Made by a program: the position numbers and the translations under genes. From NCBI GenBank assembly GCA_024860875.1, contig JACPSZ010000008.1:84106-148105 (forward strand): a stretch of DNA of 64,000 nucleotides, read 5' to 3'. Position 1 is the stretch's first letter. Each line of letters begins with the position of its first letter. This stretch comes from Nitrososphaerota archaeon (GTDB lineage: Archaea > Thermoproteota > Nitrososphaeria > Nitrososphaerales > UBA57). The notes under the pieces were generated by a model, which ran no database searches, was not told the DNA's origin, and saw only the letters and a program-made list of their open reading frames with translations. Positions 1 to 8,261 of this stretch are shown piece after piece.

Positions 1-1
1 C

Positions 2-250
2 AATATTCTTCACAAATAACCTTTCCTTAAGCTTCTTGACACCTATTATTGGTTTGAGTTTCTTCGAACCTATGCTGTACATTAAACTGAGAAGTAATGG
101 CGCTAATAGAGCAACAAAGAAAGTGAGGCTTCGCAAGGCCGCTAGAGCATACCCTAATCCAAAACAGGTGACCACTAGGCCTGGAAGGTACCTCCTCCTT
201 CTCTGCAGGTATTCAGTTCGACTCGGATTCGATAATGCGTCTTGATCCAT
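2..250 (-). CDS. Partial hydrophobic membrane protein (N-terminal 83 codons; gene continues past the window start)
   Basis: Hand translation of the minus strand from the ATG at 248-250 gives MDQDALSNPSRTEYLQRRRRYLPGLVVTCFGLGYALAALRSLTFFVALLAPLLLSLMYSIGSKKLKPIIG..., open to position 2. It has two TM-like hydrophobic stretches. It is absent from the ORF track because no stop lies in the window. Family not recognised. Confidence 0.3.
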   Translation of the reverse strand, partial: MDQDALSNPSRTEYLQRRRRYLPGLVVTCFGLGYALAALRSLTFFVALLAPLLLSLMYSIGSKKLKPIIGVKKLKERLFVKNI

Positions 251-429
251 TTCGGCGCTTCTGTTTATTGTGTATGCACCATAAGAGAAAAGGTATGCCA
301 TTAATAGGAGGTCGAGAGCTGGGGAATGATTCATTAGAATCGATGAAGTATACGCTATGCTGGCTGTGCCTAGAGCCAGCAGATGTCCCCCTAATACAAT
401 TTCCCTGTATACAGGGAACAACAGACCCT

Positions 430-1518
430 TCAATCTGTTCCCTCCTTTGGTGCCATGATACTTTGTTCCATGGATAATGTCCAACCCCTCTCCTTGTCGT
501 ACATCTCATCGGGGATATTGAGTGACCTAGTCTTCAATGGGTCAAGCGTAATCATTTCGAGGCGATTGCGTATTAGCAGAGTACTCCTTTCAACAAACCT
601 TACTGTCTCGTGGAAGTTTGCCAATGAAAGGTCTAGAAAGGCGAAATATCGGTTGTCTTCGGTTCCTATTTCAAGCCAGGTGAACGGAATCTTGTTGAAG
701 GTCTTGCGTGCGAGATCCATTTCTTCCTTGCTTAAATTGTTGAAGCAAAAGACCAAGTGCATTAGGTCAACGGGTTTGTTATCAGTGACAGGTCTAATCC
801 ATCTTACGTTATTACCCGAAATGAACTTATTCCTTAAAACGTGTTCGGAGTAATGGTACCTAACAGTTCTAGGGTTTGCGCCTATTTCTTCCGCAACCTT
901 TGTTATGTCGTGGGTAGGATCTTCCTGCAGGCACTTGAGTATCTTAAGGTCAATATAATCCAATTTAGCATCCGTGTTAACCGTAGAGAACGTTATGCCA
1001 ACCTCTCGCATTGTCATAGCGACCCTATTCCAATCAACATGCCAACCCCCTTTGTCAAAGTCGTAGAATTCGGACCTGAAAGGCGGGTACCTAACCCAGG
1101 AGATATCCGCAAGGAGAAGCTCCTCCACTAAACCTGATTGTTTTAAGTAAAACAAGGAATCCAGATATTTCTTTTTTAAGCGGTAGGGTATAGCATAAAT
1201 GCACAGATATCGGTCCAACCCAATTGCCTTTCCCACAAATGTTAGGTAACTAGTATGATCTAGCCACGACTTGCCTTGATTCGGTGTAGCTCTTGCAAAG
1301 AAAATGCCTCTCCTAAGGCCTAAACCTTCATAATCAATATTGACAAAAACACCCAAACCCATTTTGTTGAACTGCTTATTCACTTTATATCTTACCGTTT
1401 CAGCATTTAACCCTGTCAGGCGTGCTATTAGAGAATAGTTTGAAACACCAACCTGCTTGATAGTCTCAACTAGCAGATGGTCAACCCTACTCTTCTCCAG
1501 CTTTTCGAATGTCGACAT
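430..1518 (-). CDS. Putative transcriptional regulator with two HTH-containing repeats (Lrp/AsnC-like tandem architecture)
   Basis: 362-aa ORF with two similar modules. Each begins with an HTH-like stretch: VDHLLVETIKQVGVSNYSLIARLTGLNAETVRYKV and DLKILKCLQEDPTHDITKVAEEIGANPRTVRYHY. Transcribed divergently from the KaiC-like ATPase. Confidence 0.55.
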   Translation of the reverse strand: MSTFEKLEKSRVDHLLVETIKQVGVSNYSLIARLTGLNAETVRYKVNKQFNKMGLGVFVNIDYEGLGLRRGIFFARATPNQGKSWLDHTSYLTFVGKAIGLDRYLCIYAIPYRLKKKYLDSLFYLKQSGLVEELLLADISWVRYPPFRSEFYDFDKGGWHVDWNRVAMTMREVGITFSTVNTDAKLDYIDLKILKCLQEDPTHDITKVAEEIGANPRTVRYHYSEHVLRNKFISGNNVRWIRPVTDNKPVDLMHLVFCFNNLSKEEMDLARKTFNKIPFTWLEIGTEDNRYFAFLDLSLANFHETVRFVERSTLLIRNRLEMITLDPLKTRSLNIPDEMYDKERGWTLSMEQSIMAPKEGTD

Positions 1519-1654
1519 GCCTTACATGGGTTCCCGCTATCAATGTATAATCCTTTTGTGGATTCGAGCTATAGATTTGTGGTACATGTCAATGTGCACA
1601 ATGTTTGCCTTTTTCCTGCCATCAGACTATAGTGTTTTGGAAAACGGCAAATAA

Positions 1655-1664
1655 GATATTTAAG
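1655..1664 (+). promoter_or_regulatory. Candidate archaeal TATA box for the KaiC-like ATPase gene
   Basis: gatatttaag lies about 40 nt upstream of the in-frame TTG at 1701, inside the divergent intergenic region. Pattern recognition only. Confidence 0.25.
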
Positions 1665-1700
1665 CAAAGAGCCTGCAAAAACTATTATAGAGATGAACAA

Positions 1701-2390
1701 TTGGTCCTCGTTGAGTCAAGCTTGCGAATAAAAACAGGTATTTCAGGGCTGGATCCACTTATACAGGGAGGGTTGCAGCAAGGAGACTTTGTTCTTCTGG
1801 TAGGCGGAATAGGTACAGGTAAGACGATTTTCTCGTGCCAATTTGTTTACAATGCAGCCAAGCTCTACAATGAGCATGCTGTATACGCTACTTTTGAGGA
1901 AGATATTAACAGTTTAAAGACAAACATGTTACAGTTCGGAATGGATCTCGGATCACTAGAAAAGGAAGGGAAGATCAAGTTGATGGACCTAGAAGCCCTT
2001 GAAGGAGGAGGCATGGGTGCCAACGTGGAAACTCTCCTTGGGGCTTTAGATGATGTGAAAGGTAAAAGGCTCGTTGTGGATTCTCTCACAGCCTTCTTAA
2101 GCGGGGCGCAAGAGAAGTTTGATTATAGTTTCCTAATGCATCTGATCTATAAGACACTCAAAAGAGAAGGCATCACTACGCTTATGACTGTCAGCACTCC
2201 CCAAGGATCGAATGGTCTGGGGGTCGAAGAGTTTATAGCTGACGGCCTATTCCAATTAGAAAGCTATGTGAACGAGCACATGGAGCTCAAGACAAGATTT
2301 ATCATAAGGAAACTTAGAGGGACGGAGCATAGTAGGAAATATCATAATATAGCGTTTGCACCAAATGGCATAGAAATTTACAAATGGTAG
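1701..2390 (+). CDS. KaiC-like / RadA-superfamily single-domain ATPase
   Basis: Walker A LLVGGIGTGKTIFSCQF, Walker B KRLVVDSLTA, N-terminal TGISGLDPLIQGGL typical of KaiC/RadB-like proteins. The ORF track starts at the ATG at 1605, but that N-terminus (MPFSCHQTIVFWK...) overlaps a TATA-like promoter and looks non-native. The in-frame TTG at 1701 is preferred; the start remains uncertain. Confidence 0.8.
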   Translation: MVLVESSLRIKTGISGLDPLIQGGLQQGDFVLLVGGIGTGKTIFSCQFVYNAAKLYNEHAVYATFEEDINSLKTNMLQFGMDLGSLEKEGKIKLMDLEALEGGGMGANVETLLGALDDVKGKRLVVDSLTAFLSGAQEKFDYSFLMHLIYKTLKREGITTLMTVSTPQGSNGLGVEEFIADGLFQLESYVNEHMELKTRFIIRKLRGTEHSRKYHNIAFAPNGIEIYKW

Positions 2391-2470
2391 CGGGGGCTAG
2401 TTTGCCAATTTCATAAAGAAAAGAGCTCCTCTGTTTCTGAAATTGCAGATATCATTTATCTTATGGCCTA

Positions 2471-2905
2471 TTGACAGTCATGGTTGTGCTTGCATCTCTC
2501 CCTATAAGTGTCGAAGCCAGCCTTCGAAGAATTCATGTGGCAAGGTTGACTTTGACCTATGAAAAACCTCCTCAAGTAAGATACGATCTGAACGCAGATC
2601 TCAAGGAGGTAAAGAGGGATAAAACAAAATTAAGATTTAAGTATGCACTTTTCTTGGAGACCTTCCCAGCAATTCAAAGAGCCGAACTCGAAGGAGATGC
2701 TGAAGTTGAGAGTCCGGTATTTGGTTCGGTCACGGACTTGGGGAATCTGGATCAAGGTTTGTTTACAGAACTTGTGATCGAGATTTATCGAAAGAATTAT
2801 GACACACTTTATCTAATTCTAGATTGCCTAGGGCTCGATATACCTTCGCCTTGGATTATAAGGGACGTACATTTGATAGGTAGCAAAGCTGATAGGCTTA
2901 TCTGA
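2471..2905 (+). CDS. Hypothetical small protein, paralog A of a tandem pair downstream of the KaiC-like ATPase
   Basis: ORF of 144 aa, with a likely ATG start at 2480. Aligns over nearly its whole length with the next ORF (3006-3422). No known motif recognised. Confidence 0.55.
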   Translation: MTVMVVLASLPISVEASLRRIHVARLTLTYEKPPQVRYDLNADLKEVKRDKTKLRFKYALFLETFPAIQRAELEGDAEVESPVFGSVTDLGNLDQGLFTELVIEIYRKNYDTLYLILDCLGLDIPSPWIIRDVHLIGSKADRLI

Positions 2906-3005
2906 CCCTCAGATGCAGCAATAATACTGACAGTTAATACATAGCAGCACTCCACACTGCTTAAATTGCGTCTGCATAGTTATACAGCCAACTGGATGAG
3001 CAAGC

Positions 3006-3422
3006 ATGGTTGAAGTTGAAGTTCTGGTCAAAAAAGTTGAATGTTCTAAATTTTCCGAGAAGGCCGATGAAGGCTCCGAGGTAACTTTTGATGTCAATGC
3101 GTCGCTTTCAGAGACTGAAAGAAACTCTGGTTGGTTGGCTTTGAAATTCGATATAGGGGTAGAAACGCAACCTTCCTTCGCAAAGCTTTCTGTCGGAGGT
3201 TCAGCAATAGTGAAGGGAAGCAACGATGAGATTCAGAGTCTGATAACTCCGAAAGATCAGAATGATATTCCCCCGGTATTTATGAAGATCTACCAGAAGG
3301 TGTATGCAATTTTGTACCTTCTTTCTGGTTCGTTGACGATACCGCATCCAGCACCGGGTCTGCTAAAGACTACACGCCTTTACTCCTCTCCAAGTGAACT
3401 TGCACCTGCTGTAGAAGCGTAG
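3006..3422 (+). CDS. Hypothetical small protein, paralog B of the tandem pair
   Basis: 138-aa ORF. Shared blocks with paralog A include MKIYQKVYAILYLLSGSLTIPHPAP vs IEIYRKNYDTLYLILDCLGLDIPSPW. Confidence 0.55.
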   Translation: MVEVEVLVKKVECSKFSEKADEGSEVTFDVNASLSETERNSGWLALKFDIGVETQPSFAKLSVGGSAIVKGSNDEIQSLITPKDQNDIPPVFMKIYQKVYAILYLLSGSLTIPHPAPGLLKTTRLYSSPSELAPAVEA

Positions 3423-3545
3423 TCAAATCTTCATATTATTTTAAAGTGATCGAATCATTAACGGAGCATTCTCTGCTTACAAAAGCAGATGAAGATGTCG
3501 ATGATTGAGCTTAAAAAAAGGGGAGAAGCTGCTTCTAAGTGCAGC

Positions 3546-4037
3546 TTATTGAACCGCGCAGCTTATAGAACCTGCTTGCTTCACCAGCATAGCAGGCCGC
3601 ATTTCGTCCGGATATAGCGTACCAGAGAAGGTAAAGCCCGGACTTGGGAGGTTCAGTATGGAGATATCGACTCTGAATCCGTCACCTGAAAGCATTATGA
3701 GAATCTTCTCAGTCTGCTTGTTGTAGCTCCACTGTCCAGAAACTGGGCTGTTCTCATTTATACCCACTCCGGTTGCAGAGAAGGTTCCAGCCAATGACCC
3801 TTGGACAATTCCATTTACCTCTTTTATAGGGTCGCTACTTGTTATGGTGAAACTCCAATCGCTTAGGGAGTCTGTGATTTGTGGTGGGCGAACGACGATT
3901 CCGCTTAGTGCAGGCGTCTGATAAGATAGGTTGCATGGACTCGCAAGTACGCTTGTTGTGGTAGAGAACGCTACTACTGCTAATGCGATAGCAGCCAGTA
4001 TGCCGATGGCCTTGATTCTTGATAGCATTTCGATCAT
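3546..4037 (-). CDS. Hypothetical secreted or membrane-anchored protein
   Basis: N-terminal signal/anchor-like segment RIKAIGILAAIALAVVAFSTTTSVLASP followed by a beta-rich Ser/Thr/Gly domain. One Cys lies near each end. Confidence 0.5.
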   Translation of the reverse strand: MIEMLSRIKAIGILAAIALAVVAFSTTTSVLASPCNLSYQTPALSGIVVRPPQITDSLSDWSFTITSSDPIKEVNGIVQGSLAGTFSATGVGINENSPVSGQWSYNKQTEKILIMLSGDGFRVDISILNLPSPGFTFSGTLYPDEMRPAMLVKQAGSISCAVQ

Positions 4038-4346
4038 CTTCCTAGCGCTCTATTGTGTGATATACGGTTTCTATCCATTTTCCCTAAAAATGACCCCTAG
4101 AGGTAGATCTTTGGCAAAATCGGTTTATCAAAGCGACACAAGTTATGTCTAGATTTTATATGCCCCCTATATTCCATCCCCGATTGCTCACAGGAGTTCA
4201 AAATAGGCTCTTTTCAGATTCATGGGGGTGTATGAAACTTTAGCTTAGTTATAGTTCCGACCCCATTTACGTTCGCATCCCAGGCGCGGCGCGCACCCCT
4301 CTTTCCGTCTTTACGTTTGCGATACCTTGAATCCTATGCTATTTAC

Positions 4347-4621
4347 TCATCTCATCTTCATCTCTCGAATGAGGGCCTTCAGCTTGGGATCATCTGTAAC
4401 GATGTGTTTTGCCAAGAAACTCTTTGCGGCCGGGCCTAGGCTCTTCATTTCTTCCAAGGCCTTTTCGCAATCAGGCCCTGGCCCCAGATTGAGCCTCCAC
4501 CCATGATCCTTCTGACCCAGCTTGACATTACACTTTACGGCGCGCGCCGCCAGAGAATTCCATCCTCCTTCAATTTCTTTTCAACTTCTTCAGAGGTTCT
4601 TCCCCAAAAACCAACCGCCAC
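4347..4621 (-). pseudogene. Possible frame-disrupted remnant ORF downstream of vapC
   Basis: Hand translation gives a GTG-initiated 28-codon frame (VAVGFWGRTSEEVEKKLKEDGILWRRAP*). It is followed, in a different frame, by a 77-codon stop-to-stop ORF lacking a start (KEIEGGWNSLAARAVKCNVKLGQKDHGWRLNLGPGPDCEKALEEMKSLGPAAKSFLAKHIVTDDPKLKALIREMKMR*). The frame break coincides with the GGCGCGCGCC palindrome at 4539-4551. Confidence 0.25.
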
Positions 4622-4633
4622 TAATCCTCCCGG

Positions 4634-5137
4634 TTACAGCGGGGTCCATCGATTAATGTCAACAACCTTGTCAAAATCGGTATCTGCCGATATAATGTCC
4701 GCGCATCCTACGGATCGCATGACTGAAATATGAACGGCATCCCTTGGCAGCGTCGAATATTTTTGCATGTATTCTACCGCCTCCTCTATGTGGTGTCTCT
4801 CAACCGCAAGTACATTTAGGGCTTCTATTCCCAGCACTATATCCAACGCATTCCTGACTTCTGGTGAGTGAGCGCCTATCACTTCAGGAGTCTTCTGCAG
4901 TATGGTTAATGGATTCTTACGGTATTTCTCTTCAATCTTCTTCAAGAGAATCTTGTACATCAGCTCGTCCAAGACCAGTGTGGAGGTATAGCCCGTGATC
5001 TCACGCCCTTCGATTCTTTCAAGCAGAGCCATACAAACCTTCTGCGGCTCTTTTGGTCCCCTGAGGTAGAAGTGGAAGATGTTAGCATCAAGAAACACGA
5101 TACTGCCCTTGGGTATTGCAGCTAAATGCTTGGCCAC
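4634..5137 (-). CDS. vapC: PIN-domain toxin (VapC family)
   Basis: VFLDANIFHFYL (first acidic residue), TLVLDELMYKI, and the C-terminal DAVHISVMRSVGCADIISADTDFD typical of PIN ribonucleases. Lies immediately downstream of an AbrB-type antitoxin with a 2-nt gap. Confidence 0.85.
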   Translation of the reverse strand: MAKHLAAIPKGSIVFLDANIFHFYLRGPKEPQKVCMALLERIEGREITGYTSTLVLDELMYKILLKKIEEKYRKNPLTILQKTPEVIGAHSPEVRNALDIVLGIEALNVLAVERHHIEEAVEYMQKYSTLPRDAVHISVMRSVGCADIISADTDFDKVVDINRWTPL

Positions 5138-5139
5138 CG

Positions 5140-5400
5140 TTATTTACCATATCTCTTTGAGTAATGCTGGAATATCAGTTCGGGGTCAATTATCGCGAAC
5201 TCGATTTCGTCACTGTCTGCCTGCCCAAGAGCTCCTGCTGCATCTCTCACCTTGGTCCGTCTGATAGGTCTGATTATAGCCTGATTATCTTCCGCAGCTA
5301 TCACTATCTCCGATCCTTCATCTAGGCCCCACCTGTTCCTGAGTTGCTGCGGGAGTGTGATTTGCCCTTTCTTTCTAACTTTAACCCTTATTCTCTGCAT
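5140..5400 (-). CDS. vapB: AbrB/SpoVT-family antitoxin (VapB)
   Basis: MQRIRVKVRKKGQITLPQQLRNRWGLDEGSEIVIAAEDNQAIIRPI is a SpoVT/AbrB swapped-hairpin motif. 86 aa, upstream of vapC. Confidence 0.85.
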   Translation of the reverse strand: MQRIRVKVRKKGQITLPQQLRNRWGLDEGSEIVIAAEDNQAIIRPIRRTKVRDAAGALGQADSDEIEFAIIDPELIFQHYSKRYGK

Positions 5401-6025
5401 GCCTGAACAATTTCTAACGTGGACTAATAAGTCTTATCGATGTGGCAAATTTCCAACCAGCGATTTTTAGGACATACGAAATGTGTCCTGTTGGATCTGC
5501 CGCTGGAACTAGCACTGCATGCGAAGTACCGTCTAGCCCTTGGGCGCGCGCTCGAGCATATAGAATGGAGACAATTTACCATCGTTGTTATTAGATACCC
5601 TCTGGCTCAGTGCAGAGATTCATGCTTGGCAGTCCGAACTATGCCTGAATGCTAATCAAAAACAAAAATCGTACGCCACCGTTCGGCCTTAGCCAGCTAG
5701 TTTCTCTTTCAACGAGGTAGCAACATCAAGCGCTCCGCCTGTAGATAGCGTCCTAACTATATCGATGTTGTTTCGCGTGTATATCTTGATAGGAAGACTA
5801 TTCGGATCCTTCGCAATTTCCGTGGGCTCCATCTAGCTAAACAATAATTTAGAGTTTCCGATCTGCTTTTGAGTTCTACTGTAATGTCTATACACTGGAG
5901 TGTCCAAGCGATACGTGACTATCACCACGAATCCTGAGGAAAAATTTCCCCAAGGCTTAGGATGCCTACCAAACAGTCCGAAGATATTGATACAAGCATC
6001 TTTAGTCTCTCGATTGTTTGTGTTA

Positions 6026-6349
6026 TCACAAAGCTCGGCTGATCATATGGAAGACTAAACTGAGAGCCAAGAGGAATAGTCCTATTGCAGTATACTTTCT
6101 CTGCTCACGCACGGCCTTCCATAGATCTTTATTGAATTGAAATACGGCATTCTCGATGTCTGCAGCAATAGGCGCATCAGAAAACAATGAGGCAACCAGA
6201 CTACGAATTATCTTTTCGGAAGGCATTGCTATCTGGCGTCCCTTTAAAAATGGAATTGCTATGACTATCACGGAACTGAAGCCGAAGAGCAGCGATAGCA
6301 AATCTGGTAATAATGATAATGTCAGGAGCGATGACAATTCTGCGAGCAA
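6026..6349 (-). CDS. Hypothetical small membrane protein
   Basis: 107-aa ORF with hydrophobic N- and C-terminal helices (LTLSLLPDLLSLLFGFSSVIVIAIPF; YTAIGLFLLALSLVFHMI). Confidence 0.4.
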   Translation of the reverse strand: MLAELSSLLTLSLLPDLLSLLFGFSSVIVIAIPFLKGRQIAMPSEKIIRSLVASLFSDAPIAADIENAVFQFNKDLWKAVREQRKYTAIGLFLLALSLVFHMISRAL

Positions 6350-6448
6350 CGCAATAAGGTTTTAGGGCATTGAACGTAATAGGGATTTCGCTTATATGTT
6401 ATTGGATAGGGTTAAAAACCATCTTTGCATAGGTGATTACTGGCTCAG

Positions 6449-7012
6449 ATGAGCGATAATGAACGATCTTCAGATAATGCTGCTTCTTTAGACCTTGTAT
6501 TCTCCGTCCTAAGAAAACACGAAGAGGCACTGGACAAAGTCGCTCGCCGCCTTGAAGACATTGCAGATGCTATATCAATGGTGAAAGAGCCTGCTGCCAG
6601 GCCTAAGGTTGATGTTGAAAGCATTTCTGTAGAGAGGATATCGGATTGGAAGGAGTTCAAAGAGAGAAGTTCATCGGCTGCGAAAGTACTCTATGAGATA
6701 GGAATGAGTTTCATTGTTAGAACACTTATGCCGAACGGGAGAATTCTGAAGTATTCCGAGCACATTTTCAAAACAGGGATTCCTCTTTATTCTATAGCAG
6801 GAGGGGATAGCGAGGATTCGCAGCAGAAGCACACTGTTAAACTTGAATGCGGACTAGAATTTTTTCTCCGGAGAACCGAATCTTCTACTAAAGAAGGAGA
6901 ATATAGTCAAGGAATTCTTGTTTCTGTGGATCTTAACAAGATTAATGAGTGGCTCGCTGACCAGCTTAGCGTTGAGAGATCAAAAATCGCTTCTGGTAGG
7001 GTAGTTATTTAG
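6449..7012 (+). CDS. Hypothetical protein
   Basis: 187-aa ORF with coding-like composition. The N-terminal helical segment is LDLVFSVLRKHEEALDKVARRLEDIADAI. No family recognised. Confidence 0.45.
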   Translation: MSDNERSSDNAASLDLVFSVLRKHEEALDKVARRLEDIADAISMVKEPAARPKVDVESISVERISDWKEFKERSSSAAKVLYEIGMSFIVRTLMPNGRILKYSEHIFKTGIPLYSIAGGDSEDSQQKHTVKLECGLEFFLRRTESSTKEGEYSQGILVSVDLNKINEWLADQLSVERSKIASGRVVI

Positions 7013-7303
7013 GGGTTTAGTCGCAATAAGTTCTTCTTTGACATGTATGAAATCTTTGAGGACCCGGAAACCTTTCTCAGTTAACCTGTAAATCCTTCTA
7101 GAATTTTCCAACTCTTCTGCAAGGAAGCCATTTGACATTAGAAAGTCTAAGGTTTCCTGTAGCACTTGCCAAGATATATTTGCCTTATACATAATCCTAG
7201 TTGGACCTATGTTACCGCTTGCTATTGCTCCCAGAATATCTACATAGATTTCCAGTTTTGACCTACGCCCTTGTGGGTCCGATGTCATCTGCAAATTTCG
7301 CAA
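6980..7303 (-). CDS. Winged helix-turn-helix transcriptional regulator (archaeal COG3432-like)
   Basis: RRSKLEIYVDILGAIASGNIGPTRIMYKANISWQVLQETLDFLMSNGFLAEE...RIYRLTEKGFRVLKDF matches the small archaeal wHTH regulator pattern. Confidence 0.6.
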   Translation of the reverse strand: MRNLQMTSDPQGRRSKLEIYVDILGAIASGNIGPTRIMYKANISWQVLQETLDFLMSNGFLAEELENSRRIYRLTEKGFRVLKDFIHVKEELIATKPLNNYPTRSDF

Positions 7304-7390
7304 TCATAATCCCTATTATAGTTTATGGATCTATAGTCTATCTTTTAGTTATTGGGTGGTCAATGATCTTAGACAGAGAATGTATTAACG

Positions 7391-8059
7391 ATGGTCAACT
7401 GTCTCACACTGCAATTGGTCAATATATTACTTATCCCCGATGGCTCGAGGAGAGCCGCAAGGAAAAAAGGCATGGCCTATGCCAGCGCGTACAGGTTAGC
7501 CGCGGCTAAAGTGGACATGGCAGTAAAGTTCTTGCTCAGCCAAGAAGAAGAAGTAAAGAGTGTGGTTGTATACGGTCTATCTTATGACAACCTAGTGCGA
7601 AGGGAAGCTTCAGAATTAGCTTCCATACTTGAAGCGCAGGAAGAGAGATACAAGATATGGCTCAGTGATCCATTCTTCTCATCGAGTAGAGTGAGGGTGA
7701 CTTTTCATGGAGATCTGAAAGTGATGTTTGAAAAACTTCCTCCCTCTTACCTAGAGGCTATGCAAGAATTGGAAGAAAAGACAAGCCAATACGATTGGAA
7801 GAACCTCTTTATACTAATAGGGTATAGTGGCAGTAGAGAAAATGAAACTCTGTCTGTGAAAGATGTTAAACCTGAGTTACCTTCTATCGACTTAGTGATC
7901 AGAACAGGAGGCAGGGCAAGGCTATCTGATGCTTTGCCATATCAGACTGCTTATGCGGAATTATACGTTATTGATAATTTCATTTCGGATCTTGAAGCTA
8001 CGGACTTGTCAAAGGCCCTTGATGCCTTTGGAATGGTTGTAAGGAACCTCGGAAGTTGA
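7391..8059 (+). CDS. Divergent cis-prenyltransferase (UPPS-family) paralog
   Basis: LIPDGSRRAARKKG corresponds to the canonical DGNRRWA. YGLSYDNLVRR corresponds to FSxENxxR. IDLVIRTGGRARLSDALPYQTAYAELYVID corresponds to IRTSGExRLSxFLLWQxAYSELxF. Several signature residues are substituted (N>S, W>A, E>R). Confidence 0.7.
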   Translation: MVNCLTLQLVNILLIPDGSRRAARKKGMAYASAYRLAAAKVDMAVKFLLSQEEEVKSVVVYGLSYDNLVRREASELASILEAQEERYKIWLSDPFFSSSRVRVTFHGDLKVMFEKLPPSYLEAMQELEEKTSQYDWKNLFILIGYSGSRENETLSVKDVKPELPSIDLVIRTGGRARLSDALPYQTAYAELYVIDNFISDLEATDLSKALDAFGMVVRNLGS

Positions 8060-8261
8060 ACCAAAAAACTCCTATTGAACCCATTGCTTGTCAGGTAATA
8101 GAAACTCTGGCTTTTTCCCATGCGAAGGTCAGGTGTCACGATCAGCAAAATTATGGTGCTCTTGGGAAGAGCAGTGTAACACTCAAAGCACTTGATGTTC
8201 CAGATAAATTGTTTACAAGAAAATTTCACAAAAATTACAAAAGAACAACTTTAGTGATAGT

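Noticed and set aside
36-509. Overlapping small ORFs 36-245 (+), 213-509 (-) and 235-477 (+)
   Set aside because: They are mutually overlapping, have no motifs, and have odd composition. The minus-strand membrane-protein fragment (2-250) and the 3' end of the regulator gene explain the region better.
4203-4340. GC-rich stretch with short complementary runs (tgggg/cccca; ggcgcggcgcgc), considered as a possible tRNA or ncRNA
   Set aside because: No cloverleaf or extended helices could be built by eye. It is treated only as part of the GC-palindrome observation.
5689-5832. 47-codon minus-strand ORF (MEPTEIAKDPNSLPIKIYTRNNIDIVRTLSTGGALDVATSLKEKLAG*) upstream of vapB
   Set aside because: It is too short and has no recognisable motif. 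It could be a gene fragment, but I cannot support a call.
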